A DNA stretch of 64,000 nt from Lama glama (taxonomy: Eukaryota). Position numbers and translations under genes: made by a program. The stretch is from the NCBI GenBank assembly GCA_028534125.1, contig CM052817.1, positions 97,962,001-98,026,000 of the forward strand. The letters run 5' to 3'. This document shows positions 26,291 to 38,139 of this stretch, piece by piece. Numbering within the stretch: position 1 is the stretch's first letter; each line of letters begins with the position of its first letter. The notes below the pieces were generated by a model, which saw only the letters and a program-made list of their open reading frames with translations, had not been told where the DNA came from and ran no database searches.

Positions 26291-29200
26291 GGAGAGTCTC
26301 TCTTTAAAGAAATGCATTTCATGAACTTTGGATTTAACTTAAAACTAACTATTAAGAAGAAGCTATCATTTAGCAGAAGAAGCTGCTAAAATACTGAAAC
26401 ACCTAATTCAGACCACAGACTCCTGTTTGCTTCTCTTGGGGATGCGTAACTGCAAAATTTGGGAAAGGCATCATGACCAGAAAGACTGAGACTTCTTTTT
26501 CTATGAGAAAACAAACATGGATATTTTGAATTCTTTACTATAAAATAGACTGAGTGTGGTTCTGAATATGGTCGCAAAATTTTTGGCTGTGTGAATCCAC
26601 AGCACTATAAAATTAAGCTTTCTGGTAAATGGACTATTTTTTTAACCTTAAAAAAATTGAAGGGGTATTTTCTTTTTTTTCCACCATCATAACCCCTCTT
26701 TCCCCCACCCCTTTCTTTGATGCTCTTGGCAGTGAGCCCAATTACTACATGGGTTTTCTGGCAGGTAGTATCTATTATTTTTAACCCAGTTAATGTCTTC
26801 CTTACAAACCAGTGAGTCTAAATCATATTAAAAAAAAATAAGAATGACTCACATTCATTAAAGTGTATTCTGATACATTTGGCTACTCGTATAAAACAGA
26901 GGTACATAATGAGGCGACTGGAGGACACAGAAGTCATTAATCCATGAGGTGGCAGCGATTCCAAGCAGAGACAGGCAGACAGTTCTCTTAAGTCTCTTAT
27001 AGGCAAAGTCATTTCTTTAATCTGCTGTTTGTGAACCTTTGTTACCCTTGGAGGAATCCCCCTTCAGAACTTAGAAAAAGAAAATTCTCTGAGAAACTCA
27101 TCCAGATGCATGAGTTATTATGGTTTATAGCATCCATTTAACTTCCCAATTCCTGTTAGATGTCACTCAATTCCTGTTGATTCAGCAGTTCATTCCCTCC
27201 ATTCAAATTGAGGCAGGAGAGCTGCCCAGGTATGAGGGGCAAGGTCTGAGACAACCCTCACTGGCTCCAAGTAATGGCTTCGCGATGTCTTGGGTCTTGA
27301 CTCTGCGCACAGATTTGGATTGTTGGATCATCTTGCTCATTTACTTCAGAGAATGGAAACAATAATAATCAAGCCAAAACTCTGTTTGTTTAGCAAAAGG
27401 ATGTTTGTTATATGGAAGAGCTCTTGACAGAACCCACGTTTATTACTCATCAGGCCATTTTTCCAAAATATGTTCTCCGCACAATTCAACCCAAAGCAAA
27501 ATATAATAAAATAAAATTAGTCAATTAAGTCAGGCTGTTGGTTTAACTAAAACTTTTTTTTTCAGCCTGAATTAGTCAATCTTCTAAAGGAATTTAAGGG
27601 CCATAAGAGTTCCTAGTCACATGGCTAAGGAAAGTCATCAGTAGGGTACCAGATGTCATCTTTTCTTCCCCAAAAGAACCTCTTTTTGGAAGAATGCAGA
27701 TTTACTCAGGAGGTTGGGGCACAAAGAGAAGAGGATGTTATCTTATTGTATCCAGAATTTCAGCTATTTTTGACTTTCAGTGAAAGCATCTAAATAATTC
27801 AAGCAATCCTTGATTCAAGATAAACTTTAGCCATCCTCCAAAACAAAAAGTTGCCAAAATTCAAAATACAAAGAGCAACATATGTGGGGAAATGAATCAG
27901 GGATGACTTGATTTCTATCTGCTACTTTTCTGGACCATCCAGATTAATACATTGATAATTGACATTGATTACTACTGATTTGGATAATTAATTTTAAAAA
28001 ACCCTTACATAATACAACCTTTAATCACGTATATTTTTATTTATATGCAAAATTTGAAAGAGTCATAATATGTATGAAAACTTTCATTGAAGGAACCAGA
28101 CTACATGTAGACACAAGAATACATAATAATGAACATTTATCTGTCTTTTAAGTTTAAGAAATTTAGTACTTGCTCTACTGAAGAAACACAACTGTCAAGA
28201 ATTAGTGACTTGTTTTCACCAGTAACTGTCTAGAGAAAATTCCGTATGTAAGTGGACTCGCTGAAAAGAGAAGAAAGCTAGTTACTCCCCAGGCTCAACA
28301 AACCACTTCTTATCCCCATCATCCTCAGCGCCCTTCCATCCAACTTGCAGAAATAGGGCTAAAGTGGTCATTTCTACCTTTTCCTCTGTCAAATGTACTA
28401 GAGATTCAAATCTGAAACTATGCAAGAATATGAAATCCTAAAAATAAATTATCCCCTTTCAGACATTTACAAATCACCTCCATGTTTTTAATTAAAATTT
28501 TACTGGCTTGTTGGAAAACCTTGTAAGAAGCAGAGAAACAAACGTATTGGATAGTCTCAGTTCTGACAAGGGGTTTCAACCATGGACTGTCTTCTTGATA
28601 CCTCCTTTTTCTTCCATCCCTCATGACCACTTTGCTGAGGAAATAAAAGTGAAGAGATTTCAACGTGGATTGCCATGCCTCTTATCGCTAGCCCACCAGG
28701 GGGGGCAAATCATTGTTCTTTTCTAAATTGAATCCTTCAAGGATATTGGCTTAGATAACAGCAAGCCAAGAGTAAAGTTAGTGGCTGCATCTGGGGTGGC
28801 TCAATGGAAAAAGTAGGGTCACCCTTCACTGTGTAATTTTCTCACCCTTGATCTTTTTTTCTCCCAATATTATGTACAGAGCTATCCCAAGAAGTTTCAG
28901 ACCACCTCCCTTCCAATCAGCTTTCTCCTTCACAGAAATATTGGACCTGACATTGAAACTAGAAATTTCCTATCTTCTGCAATTCTGAATGAAAATATTA
29001 GTGACAAATTGAAGTTTTGTTTGAATTGAGTAAATAAAGCATTCAATAATTTATCAGCCATGCATGAGGATGCAGCAAGGGATCTCATTGATGGTGTTAA
29101 AATGTGCATTGTGTATCTGAGGATTATTTTTTCCTCAATAGGCTAGTCTACACATAAATGTGCTTTTGAAATCCATATGCAAAAATGATCATGATGCAGA

Positions 29201-29524
29201 TTGATGGGAATTCTGAAGAAGACTGAGGCCATGTATTTATCTAGGACACCATCAAAGATTTTTATTGACCACTCAAATCTGAAACTTTGTATTATTTCTT
29301 CTGAACCCATACAAATGCTGGATCCAATAACCCAGCAAGAAAATAATTCAATCAGAATTCACTGTGACACTGAAAAAACAGTAGCTAGAATTTGATACTT
29401 CATGTGAATCAAGTTCAAACCAAAAGGAAAAAAAAAGTTCTAATATTACTTTATGTGCGAGTATAAACCCACATTAATATGGATATGAAACTGTGATGAT
29501 TTTTTTTCCTTACTGCAACAACCT

Positions 29525-30000
29525 AGTTAAATTGGGACTGTGATTTCCTGAATTCTCTTTCTTGGTGGATTCAGTTTAGGGTTGACCACAAGAGAAATTT
29601 GCATGAGATTGACAAGGCAGAAGCAGCCATTATGCCCTAAGTATCTGTGTGGGCTTTGGGTTCCCTGGCAGATGATGGTACCCTGGCAGGTGATGGTACC
29701 CTGGCAGGTGATGGTGCACGTTCTCACTGATCTGCTGGCTTCCCAGGTTGATGGAGAATCAGCGGGACTTGCAGCTGCTCCAGCTCTTGCCCAGGCTCCT
29801 CCTGTAGCTCTTCAAGTTCTGGACGAGAAGCCACATATAGTTTGTGGCAATGGATGTTGGCCTCCCCAGTGAGCATTTACTAAGTTCTCTGTCTGAGGAT
29901 ACCCGTTAACCTCCTTTGCCTGAAAAATTATATTGGCCTCCCCTCTGGAGCTTGCTCGTCTGATTCTCTTCAAGAATTGGCTCTACCGTCTCTCTTTGCT
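29525..30000 (+). mobile_element. 5' LTR of the ERV-L element (LTR52/LTR33-like; subfamily uncertain)
   Basis: Shares blocks with 34010-34620: ttagggttgaccacaagagaaatttgcatgagatt, ctgatctgctggct, ctcttcaagttctgg. Right boundary is approximate. Confidence 0.75.
29683..29717 (+). repeat. Part of an 18-bp tandem triplication CCCTGGCAG(A/G)TGATGGT(A/G) spanning ~29663-29716 in the 5' LTR
   Basis: ccctggcagatgatggta ccctggcaggtgatggta ccctggcaggtgatggtg read directly. Confidence 0.9.
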
Positions 30001-33000
30001 TTCAGACCTATAACCAGAATCCAATTTCGGCAGGCTCCAGGGCTACCCACAAAGTTAAACAAACAAAATGATTACCCATACAACAACCAAACAAAATTAT
30101 TGCCCATAAGACAACTAAAATGAATACTAGGTTTCCCCAATTTATATTGACATACCTGGGAATGTGGATGGGAAAGCATCTTATGTTATATTGGATAAGG
30201 GTGGAAAATATATTAGATAGAATATCTTCAATATAGGTGTATCTAAAGGAGATTCTAGATTCAGTGTTTTAGCTTGAGCAGCTGGGGTTGGCTCTATCAG
30301 TCACCTTGGTTAGATGACTAAATTTTCTTTGTACCCTGAAAATGATGATACCCCAACCAAAGCTGGAATTCTAGAGAGGACCTGCTTACCACCAACTCAC
30401 TATGTCTGGAGAGCATCCTTCTCACTAAGACTTTGCAATATACCTTTTTGAGGGAACTGCAGGGTGGCTGTCCTCTGAGGTCCAGAAACATCCATGGGAA
30501 CTGCTGCAATCAAGCTGGACTCCCTGAATTCAGTGTGGACAATGGGACCCTGCAGTGGTAGGGGCCATGTTGTGACACTTCTAATGGCCAGAAACAAAGT
30601 GGTTCAGTCCACAAAGAGTTTTGAGTTAGCCAACAATGTGTCCCTAAAAAAGAAATAGGTTGACAGCCTTTGAAAGTATTACTACTTTGAAAGTATTACT
30701 CAATATGTATATATATATAGTAAAGATCTCTTCTAGTGAATGGAAGTCTAACTTTAATCATTATAATGGTCATACCTCTCAACCACTTCCCGGCACTGAG
30801 CTAATTTACAAACCTAAAGCCCCTTGAATGAAGTGGAGGCCAGGTCATTCATGAGAAGAGATCCTGCCTCATAGCTGATAATTTACACTGTAAATGTTCT
30901 TCTCCAGCTTTTCTCCAAAAGTATTTGTGGCCATTTGTCAAAGTGACTATGCATTTCAGGAGAAGAAATAAACCAGACTTTTTGGGAATTGTGGTCACTG
31001 GCTCCGAACTGACCTTAATTCCTAAAGACACAGAATGTTGCTATGGTCCACCAGTCAGAGTAAAGGATTCTAAATGTCAGGTGAACAGTTTTGGTTCACA
31101 CTGATCTCAGTGGGTCCATGGGGTGCCCAAACTTATGCTGGGGTTATTTTACCAGTTATGTGTACATAGATGGAGTAATATACTTACCAATAGGCAGAAT
31201 TCTCATGTTAAGTCCTAATTCATGCAGCTAGAGCTCTATGACAGGACAGGTCAATTGGAAGCCACTGGGAGTGACTCTGCTTATCAGAATAGTAAACCAA
31301 AGCCAGTAGAGCTTCCTGGAGAGATTGCAAGAATCATTGCCAATATCAAAGTCTTGAAATATACAGGAGTGGTTATTCCTATCACATCACCTTTCAATTT
31401 GCCTATTCAGTCAGTACAGAAGACAGCTAGATCTTGCAGTATATAGTGGGCACCCACAAAATCAGATATTGATTCCATTGTAGCCTCTACTCCAATGGTT
31501 TTTTTCTTTCTGGAGAAAATAAGCAGCAGGTACGTAGCCATTGTTCTGACAAATACATTTTCTTCTATGCCTTTTAGTATCTTTTAGTAAAGATCTCAGA
31601 AGCAGTTTGCTTTCAGTAGAAAGGCCAAGAATATGTCTTTGCTATCCTATCTCAAGGTTATGTCAGCTCTTCAGCCCTATATCATGCTCTGATCCAGAAG
31701 GGTGTTATTTACCTCACCATTCCAAAGACCATCATGCTAGACATTGCCTTGTTGATGTAATGCTGATTGAACCTGGTGAGCAGAAGTAGCAGCTACTCCT
31801 GACACCTGGGAAAGATAGGTGCATGCCCGGTTGTGAGAAATAAATTCTACAAAAATTAGGGCCTGCCACCATTAGAATTACTTAAGGAAACAATGATCTG
31901 AAGCTTAGTGGGAGATTCCTTCCAAATTTAAGAGTTTCTGATCTTATTATTACCTACAAACTAAAAAAGATACACAATGCCTAGAGGGATCTTTTTGGAT
32001 TTTGGAGACATTGCATATTTCATTTGGGTGTGCTTCTTACATACGTTTATCAAATAACTTCAAAAGGATGCCAGTTTTGTGTGGTCCTAGAACAAGAGAT
32101 GTCTCTGTAACAGGTCCAGACTGACATGCAAGCCACTCTTCCACTTGGGCAATATCACCTAGGTGATCTTCTGATGCTTGAAGTATCTTTGGAGGATGGG
32201 ATGATGTCAAGAGCCATTAGCAGGCATTTACAGTGCAGACTTTTAGCATTTTGGATTAAAGCTATGCCATGATTAGCAGAAAGTGATTCTCCTTTTATGA
32301 AGCAATTTCTGGTCTGCTACTGGGTCCCAGTAGAGATTGAATGCTAGATCATCAGTCATCAATTTGACATCCTGCCTGAGGTACCCAACATGAACTGGGT
32401 GTTGTCTGACCACCAAACCATGAAGTTGGATATGCACAGAAACACTCCCTCACCAAAGGAAGTGGTAGATGTGTGGTCTCACTTGAGCAAATCATGGAGG
32501 CACAAGTGAGTTTCATGAGCAAGTGGCCCAGCTGCCCAGGTGCTCATGGCCCAGGTCTCATGGCTCCCTTCTATTCAATCATAGTTATAGCCTCTTGGAG
32601 AGTTCTTTATGATCATAACTGAAAAAGAAAATGTTTGAGTCTGTTTCACCAAAGGGCCTACAATATAGTCTGTCACCACAATTCCACAGAGAGATCAGCC
32701 AGCTATGTGTTGGCAAGTTGATTACACTGGACTGTTTCCATCATGGAAGGGGCAGTGCTTTGTCCTCACTGGAACAGACACTTGGTTGGGATGTGGATTT
32801 TCCTTCACTGCACACATTTATTCTGCTAAAAGCACCATCTATATATGCTTTCTTCATTCTCACAATACTCCACACAGCATCACCTCTAACAAAAGTGTAT
32901 TAGCATTTAGCAGCTAATAAAGGGTGGATAAGGAAGATTTGGAAGATTTTGTTAGGACCCCAACTGGGTGGCCACAACTCGTAGGGCCAGGATTGTGTCT

Positions 33001-34009
33001 TCTAAGATGGAGTATTAACCCCAAACCAGCAACCAAATTATAGTGCTATTTCTCCCACAGAACGATCAAAGAATGGGGATGAGAGTGGCTTCTCTATTAC
33101 CCTTAATGGTCCACTAGCAGAGTTTTTGTTTCCATGCCTATAACTTTGGGTCCTACCACTCTAAACGTCTTACTTTCCAAAGGAAGAAAGCTTCCACCAG
33201 CGTGCACAGTAATGCTTCTATTAAAGTGGAAATTGAGACTGTCACCTAGAGACAAAGGCCAGTGAATCAACAGGTAAATAAGAGGCTACTCTGCTGCTGG
33301 CACATTTGATTCTAACTGTAAGGAGGAAGTGAATTTCCTCTATACAGTGGGCATAAGGAGTGCGCATTTTTGGAATACAGGTCATGTAGGATACCTCTTG
33401 GTAGTCCCTTATTCTGTCGAAAAGTTAATGTGAAACTAAGATAACCCAATAAAGACATGTCTTCTGATGGCTCAGACGCTTCAGGAATGAAGGTCTGAGT
33501 CACTCCACCAGGCATGGAATCACAGCAAGGTGGGGTGCTACCGTGGGAAGATGACATGGTAGCGGAGGAAGAAAGTTGTAAATGTGAGGTATGAACATAT
33601 TGACAGTAACAGAAATGAGGACTGTAATAGTTGGAGTATTTCTTTGTTGATTTATGTCTATTTGTGTGCATGTGTGTATTAACCAATTTTTTGTCCCCCT
33701 GTCCCACTCTCCTACCGCCCAGCACAAGGCATCTTGATTGGTTGACCTACTATTTTCGCAGCTCATAGTTCAATATTTAAGCTATAGAATAGCAAAGGGA
33801 GAGTGGGACTCAGCTGGAGGAAGAACAAGCTTAATCAAGCCAAAGATGGATAGAGTGATAGACGGGATGTTTATATTACACAGAGGCAGGTAGTGTGGTC
33901 TTGGTTGTACAAAGACCAGTTGCGTGATGTTCTACTGTGTTTATCTAGAAGTGAAACATGCAGTATGGAGGGACACCAAGCTGGATACCAAGGAGTGTCT
34001 CATGCCCAG

Positions 34010-34620
34010 TGATAAATTAACTGAACTGGAAATACATTTTTGAGAATGTTCTTGCCTCTATGGGCCTGGATTAGGATTGGCTACAAGAGAAATTTGCATA
34101 AGATTTGGAAGGTGGAAATGAAGCAGCAGCCATATACTATGAAGAATGATGAAAGGTACCGGGCATCCCTGCAGATCAGGCACATGGTCCCTGATCTGCT
34201 GGCTCATCTTGGCACAGGACAGCAGCTCAGCCTGGGGCTCTTCCTGCTCCTCCCGCAGCTTCTCCAAGTCCTGGGCTAGATGTATGTGCCATCTGTGCAA
34301 ATGGGTATCAGCTTTTTCTGCAGGTCACCCGTGTCACTGATGGTTAAGGTGGTGAGAGGCAGATGTGAGTTTCAGTTCCTCCTTGTGGGTGCCACTTGGT
34401 CTTTGCTCTCCTCTGCTTCATGTAGAGCCTTTCTTCCCAACTGACTGCCGGTCCTGACGACCTACAACTTCAGGACCACAAACCAATGCGGCAGCAACAA
34501 CTTCCCATAGACCTTTCCTATCAGTTCTAACGATTAAGGATGGTCTGGCCCCTTTAATAAATTTTCCTTCCATATCACTCATAATGGCTCTGCTTCCTGA
34601 ATTAAACCCCAAAGTGGTAC
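34010..34620 (+). mobile_element. 3' LTR of the ERV-L element
   Basis: gataaattaactgaactggaaatacattt...ttaggattggctacaagagaaatttgcataagatttggaagg; AATAAA at ~34556; ends ggctctgcttcctgaattaaacccc...ggtac. Confidence 0.8.
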
Positions 34621-36114
34621 GGTCACTAATAGTGTAATTCAGTATGGTCTCCTTTTAGGAAGAATTACAATGTACACACCTTTAGGAAGCATCTTGGTTA
34701 ATTCATCCTAATTATTGTTTTAAACAAGATCTCCTTCTATGGTCCTCATTGGCGTCAGCAGGAGGTAATGTTTGATGTTTGGTGTTGAACAGTTCCTACT
34801 CAGGTTTTTCCTTGGTATTTTAATAGAATCACAAGTTTCAGAATACTGTAAGGTCCTGTTTATATTTTTTAAATATATAGCAAAATTAAATAAGTAGTGT
34901 GTAATGAATGAATGCGCTAATAGATGTTCCATATGTCCTCAAACTAGTTCTGTCTTGAATGTGTGTATGTGAAATAGAGAAGGACAGAAGGAGAGAGAGA
35001 AAATCGTCTCTCCCTCTAGTAAAGCAGAAAAAAAGAAAAGGAAAAGGAGCAGACATTCCTTTTTTATAATGTTTAAGGATGGGTCTTCAAGATTGCAGCT
35101 GGATTCAAATATTTAGTCCCAAAACAATCCTGCTATCCTAGGCCTAACCTTCAAACTGGAAGATGATAAATGACCCATAGATGGAATAAAAATACTCTCA
35201 AAGATACCCACCTTAGATGAACGGAACTGCTTACCCACATCTAATTGGCAAACAAATCTGTTTTCTCCACTGATGTTGATCACAAACTCAGCAATTGTGC
35301 TACTTTCTCAGCAGTCCGCTGGGGCTGGAATTGTATGGGATCAATATTGCCACCCCTTGCTCCACCCAGGGAGGGGCTGGAACCAATTATGGAGTCAGTA
35401 AATGGAGAGTTAAAATGTCGGCTTTCTCTTTTTCTAACTGATAGATGCAGGCTGGAGAAGATAGATTTTTTTTTTTTAAGCGTGTGGGAGGATAAGTGTC
35501 AAGATGAGCTCGCTAATATTTTACCTATAAAATGGACAGACTCGCCCACACAGTCACAGTCAGCTGAGGATGACTGCAGGCCACTCCCACATAGCTACAT
35601 AGCAGTCCGTATATTTTCAGCTGTCAGGAATAGTCATTTTTGCTTTTGCTATTTTGTTACTCCATTAGCAACTTACTGTATACAACCCCACCTTCTACTT
35701 GCCTTTACCAAGCAGCTCCCTGCAGGGTTCTGGTGGCAGACTTACCTGGTGATATGACCCAAACACTCAGTTTTGGCAGATCTGAGCCCCTGGTCACCAT
35801 GATCTTCTCATTATTTCCAGTATTTGGCTTTATTTTATATAACATTGCTTTATTCTCTGTGCATATATAGTATTTCCCTGAATTGACTGTAAATTCTTTA
35901 TAAGTAGGGTCCATGTTTAATGTTTTGTTCTGCTTCATTGCCTTTACCATAATGCCAGACACATAATAATTCTTCAAATTAAAAAATATATATATTAAAA
36001 AAAGAACCTATCAGTCACCTTTGGAGTATGATTGCGACCCAACTCATTATTTTGAAAACTAATAAAGGGAAAAAATGTATTTTGAAGAAATGAGTGAGTG
36101 CATGCTAGGTGCAT

Positions 36115-37300
36115 GTTGCAGGTCGTCTTTCCCAGGAAGATACTCTCCAAGATAGAGATTATTGTGCAGAAAGTTTATGAGGAATCACTGCTTACAGGGC
36201 CAACCTCTGTGCCAAAAATAAAAAAGAAGCAAGGTGGAAAAAGGAGAAGTTGGACGATACTGCAGTCTCAACAAAGCTCTCAGCTAAGCCCATAAAGAGC
36301 TTTAAAACTGGAATAGACCTTCCACCTCATCCCAGCTGGAGAGGCTACTGGGCATGTACACTGCAATATCAACCATTCTTTGGATGCAGGCTTCTCCCAG
36401 TAGAGGGTGTGATCTTGGCAAGGTACCTCTCCTGGTGAGTGCAATTTCTGCAGAAGTGGGCAGCTTATCTGTCATCCAGAGGCACTCCCAGAAGCTTGAG
36501 GATTTTGTCCTTCAATACTGAAGGAGAATCCAGGTGGTACACGGGAGCATCCATGACAGACCACCCCTTGTGATGCTCAGATCCACTTTATATAAATTCT
36601 GGGAGATGCTCCTCAAGGATTCATAGTAGGTCTCCCTTCCTGAGAGAAATTTCTAAGAAGTTGCATGGGACAAACTATAGCCTCCTAACACCTAAGCTGG
36701 TCTTGAAGCCACACCTGTTGCTCATCGACTTCTTCCTCTACCATCCTTTCTGGATTTCCTTCATCCTCAGCTTGCACTTCTGTTCTAAGTGGCTCTGACA
36801 CAGCCTCATGCCTTAGTGATATGAGCCCCTAATCATCGTGCCCTTTTCATGCCGTGATATGCATCTGTCCACAAACCATAAATACTGAGTGCGAGTAAGC
36901 AGAGACATCCACGTGGATCACCTGGGTGCCAATCATCGTCCGCTCTGCCCCTCTTTTGTAACAGGATCTCTATGTCTTCCTGATGGTCAGGAACAATCAG
37001 TCCTTCCAGGAATGCTGACTCGTATTTGGCAATGCTCTGCTGGCGTTAGAGACCCTGAGTGCCTGACTGGCAGCTATAGCTTAAAATTCAGTGGGACTTC
37101 TGCTGTGTCCCCTGGAGGATGGATTCCTTTTTGAAATCCGACACCTCTATCCCCACAGCATCTGGAGTTGGGGGATAAGAAGTCCCAGTTCCCAAAGTGG
37201 GTCACTGAGAGTGAGGTTAAGAGAGGGTACCTACACTTCTAACCTGTACGTTTTTTTCTCACCACACTGATCTCCTGTTTTATTGGATCTGAGGCAAAAG
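36115..37300 (-). mobile_element. ERV-L family 3' LTR (LTR16-like, ~36115-36558) plus adjacent internal 3' sequence (ERV3-16A3-like), antisense
   Basis: Antisense LTR end (caggtcgtctttcccaggaagatactct...gattattgtgcagaaagtttat) and start (ctgaaggagaatccaggtggtacacgggagcatccatgaca), followed by gaccaccccttg (polypurine tract on the minus strand) and decayed internal sequence. Family assigned by recall. Confidence 0.65.
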
Positions 37301-37452
37301 GCCCAAGTGGCTGAGCTATTTGTTTATCTCCTGGACTTGCTGGACTTTCTAGCTCTGTATCCTACTCAAAGCTGGCAGGCTTTTATTACATCTGATATAT
37401 AGGTTGAGCCTTATTCCCGGGTGTGGAATAGGCTGTTTCTAAATCCTAAAGA

Positions 37453-37568
37453 GGGGGAGGGTATAGCTCAGTGATAGAGCACATACTTAACATGCATGAG
37501 GGCCTAGGTTCAGTCCCCAGCATCTCCTCTAAAAATAACTACATAAATCTAATTACCACCCACCCTCC

Positions 37569-37606
<38 letters not shown>

Positions 37607-37619
37607 AACTTAAAGAAAA
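37453..37619 (+). mobile_element. tRNA-derived SINE, camelid Vic-type, with a (CAA)n tail
   Basis: gggggagggtatagctcagtgatagagc (A box)...ggttcagtccccagc (B box)...A-rich tail with CAA repeats at ~37568-37606. Imperfect TSD: aaatcctaaaga (37441-37452) / aaatccctgaaga (37620-37632). Confidence 0.9.
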
Positions 37620-37859
37620 AAATCCCTGAAGATACCTACGACTGTTGTGCCTCCTTCTTTGCAGTGATGCCACTTCCCTGGGGTACAACTCTGCTTTTGA
37701 TTTACTGTCTTGGTTAGGACCACATGGCTTCCACTCGGCTTTCTCCATTATAATAACTGCTATCCCCAGGCCAAGCAACCAAGGTTTGGGATGGGGTGGG
37801 AAAATGGTCAGTTCTGTCTAATCAGTTACATACTACTGCTGAAATAGCCAGTAAGGGGT

Positions 37860-37990
37860 CCTCGAGGTAGGTAGGATTCCCCTGTTGCAGATACGTCTGA
37901 GGCTCAGAGCAGTAAGTGACTTGTCCCAAACTGACAAGATTGCATGACGTTCTGGGATTAGAAAACATCTCTCTTTGATTCCAAAACAGC
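37860..37990 (-). mobile_element. MIR fragment (antisense)
   Basis: attcccctgttgcagatacgtctgaggctcagagcagtaagtgacttgtcccaa. Confidence 0.7.
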
Positions 37991-38139
37991 CATACCAAAT
38001 AAGAGACTGCCAGTGTTAGTCAGGGGCTGAGCACATTAACCAGTTCTTGGCTCATTACACGAGAAGAGGAGTTTAACAGGAATCAGGAGGTTAGTGTGGT
38101 CAACCCTGGGAAAGCCACCCTACACTAGTCTTCTTATAA

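Larger units (their letters stand above)
29525..34620 (+). mobile_element. Decayed ERV-L class provirus: 5' LTR, gag, protease, RT/RNase H, integrase and dUTPase remnants, 3' LTR
   Basis: Protease-like actggctccgaactgaccttaattcctaaagac (~30996-31030, cf. HERV-L LDTGSELTLIPGD). ORF 31222-31446 GVVIPITSPFNLPIQSVQKT is the RT N-terminus. ORF 31607-31789 DVMLIEPGEQ is the decayed YIDD region. ORF 32705-32917 WQVDYTGLFPSWKGQCFVLTGTDT is integrase. A post-IN dUTPase-like segment lies at ~33110-33400. Related LTRs at both ends share acaagagaaatttgcatRagatt...gaagcagc. Frames are full of stops and frameshifts; no env seen. Confidence 0.92.

Noticed and set aside
28692..28708. CTCF motif CCACCAGGGGGGGCA
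   Set aside because: The G-run is two bases longer than the canonical core, and there is no other support.
29663..29716. CRISPR-like direct repeats
   Set aside because: Head-to-tail tandem units with no spacers, in mammalian LTR sequence.
35245..35757. 170-aa ORF
   Set aside because: Non-ATG start, no recognisable domain, and it runs through a poly-T tract; most likely a chance ORF.
37453..37525. tRNA gene
   Set aside because: It has A/B boxes but also a SINE body, an A-rich tail and a TSD; it is a tRNA-derived SINE.
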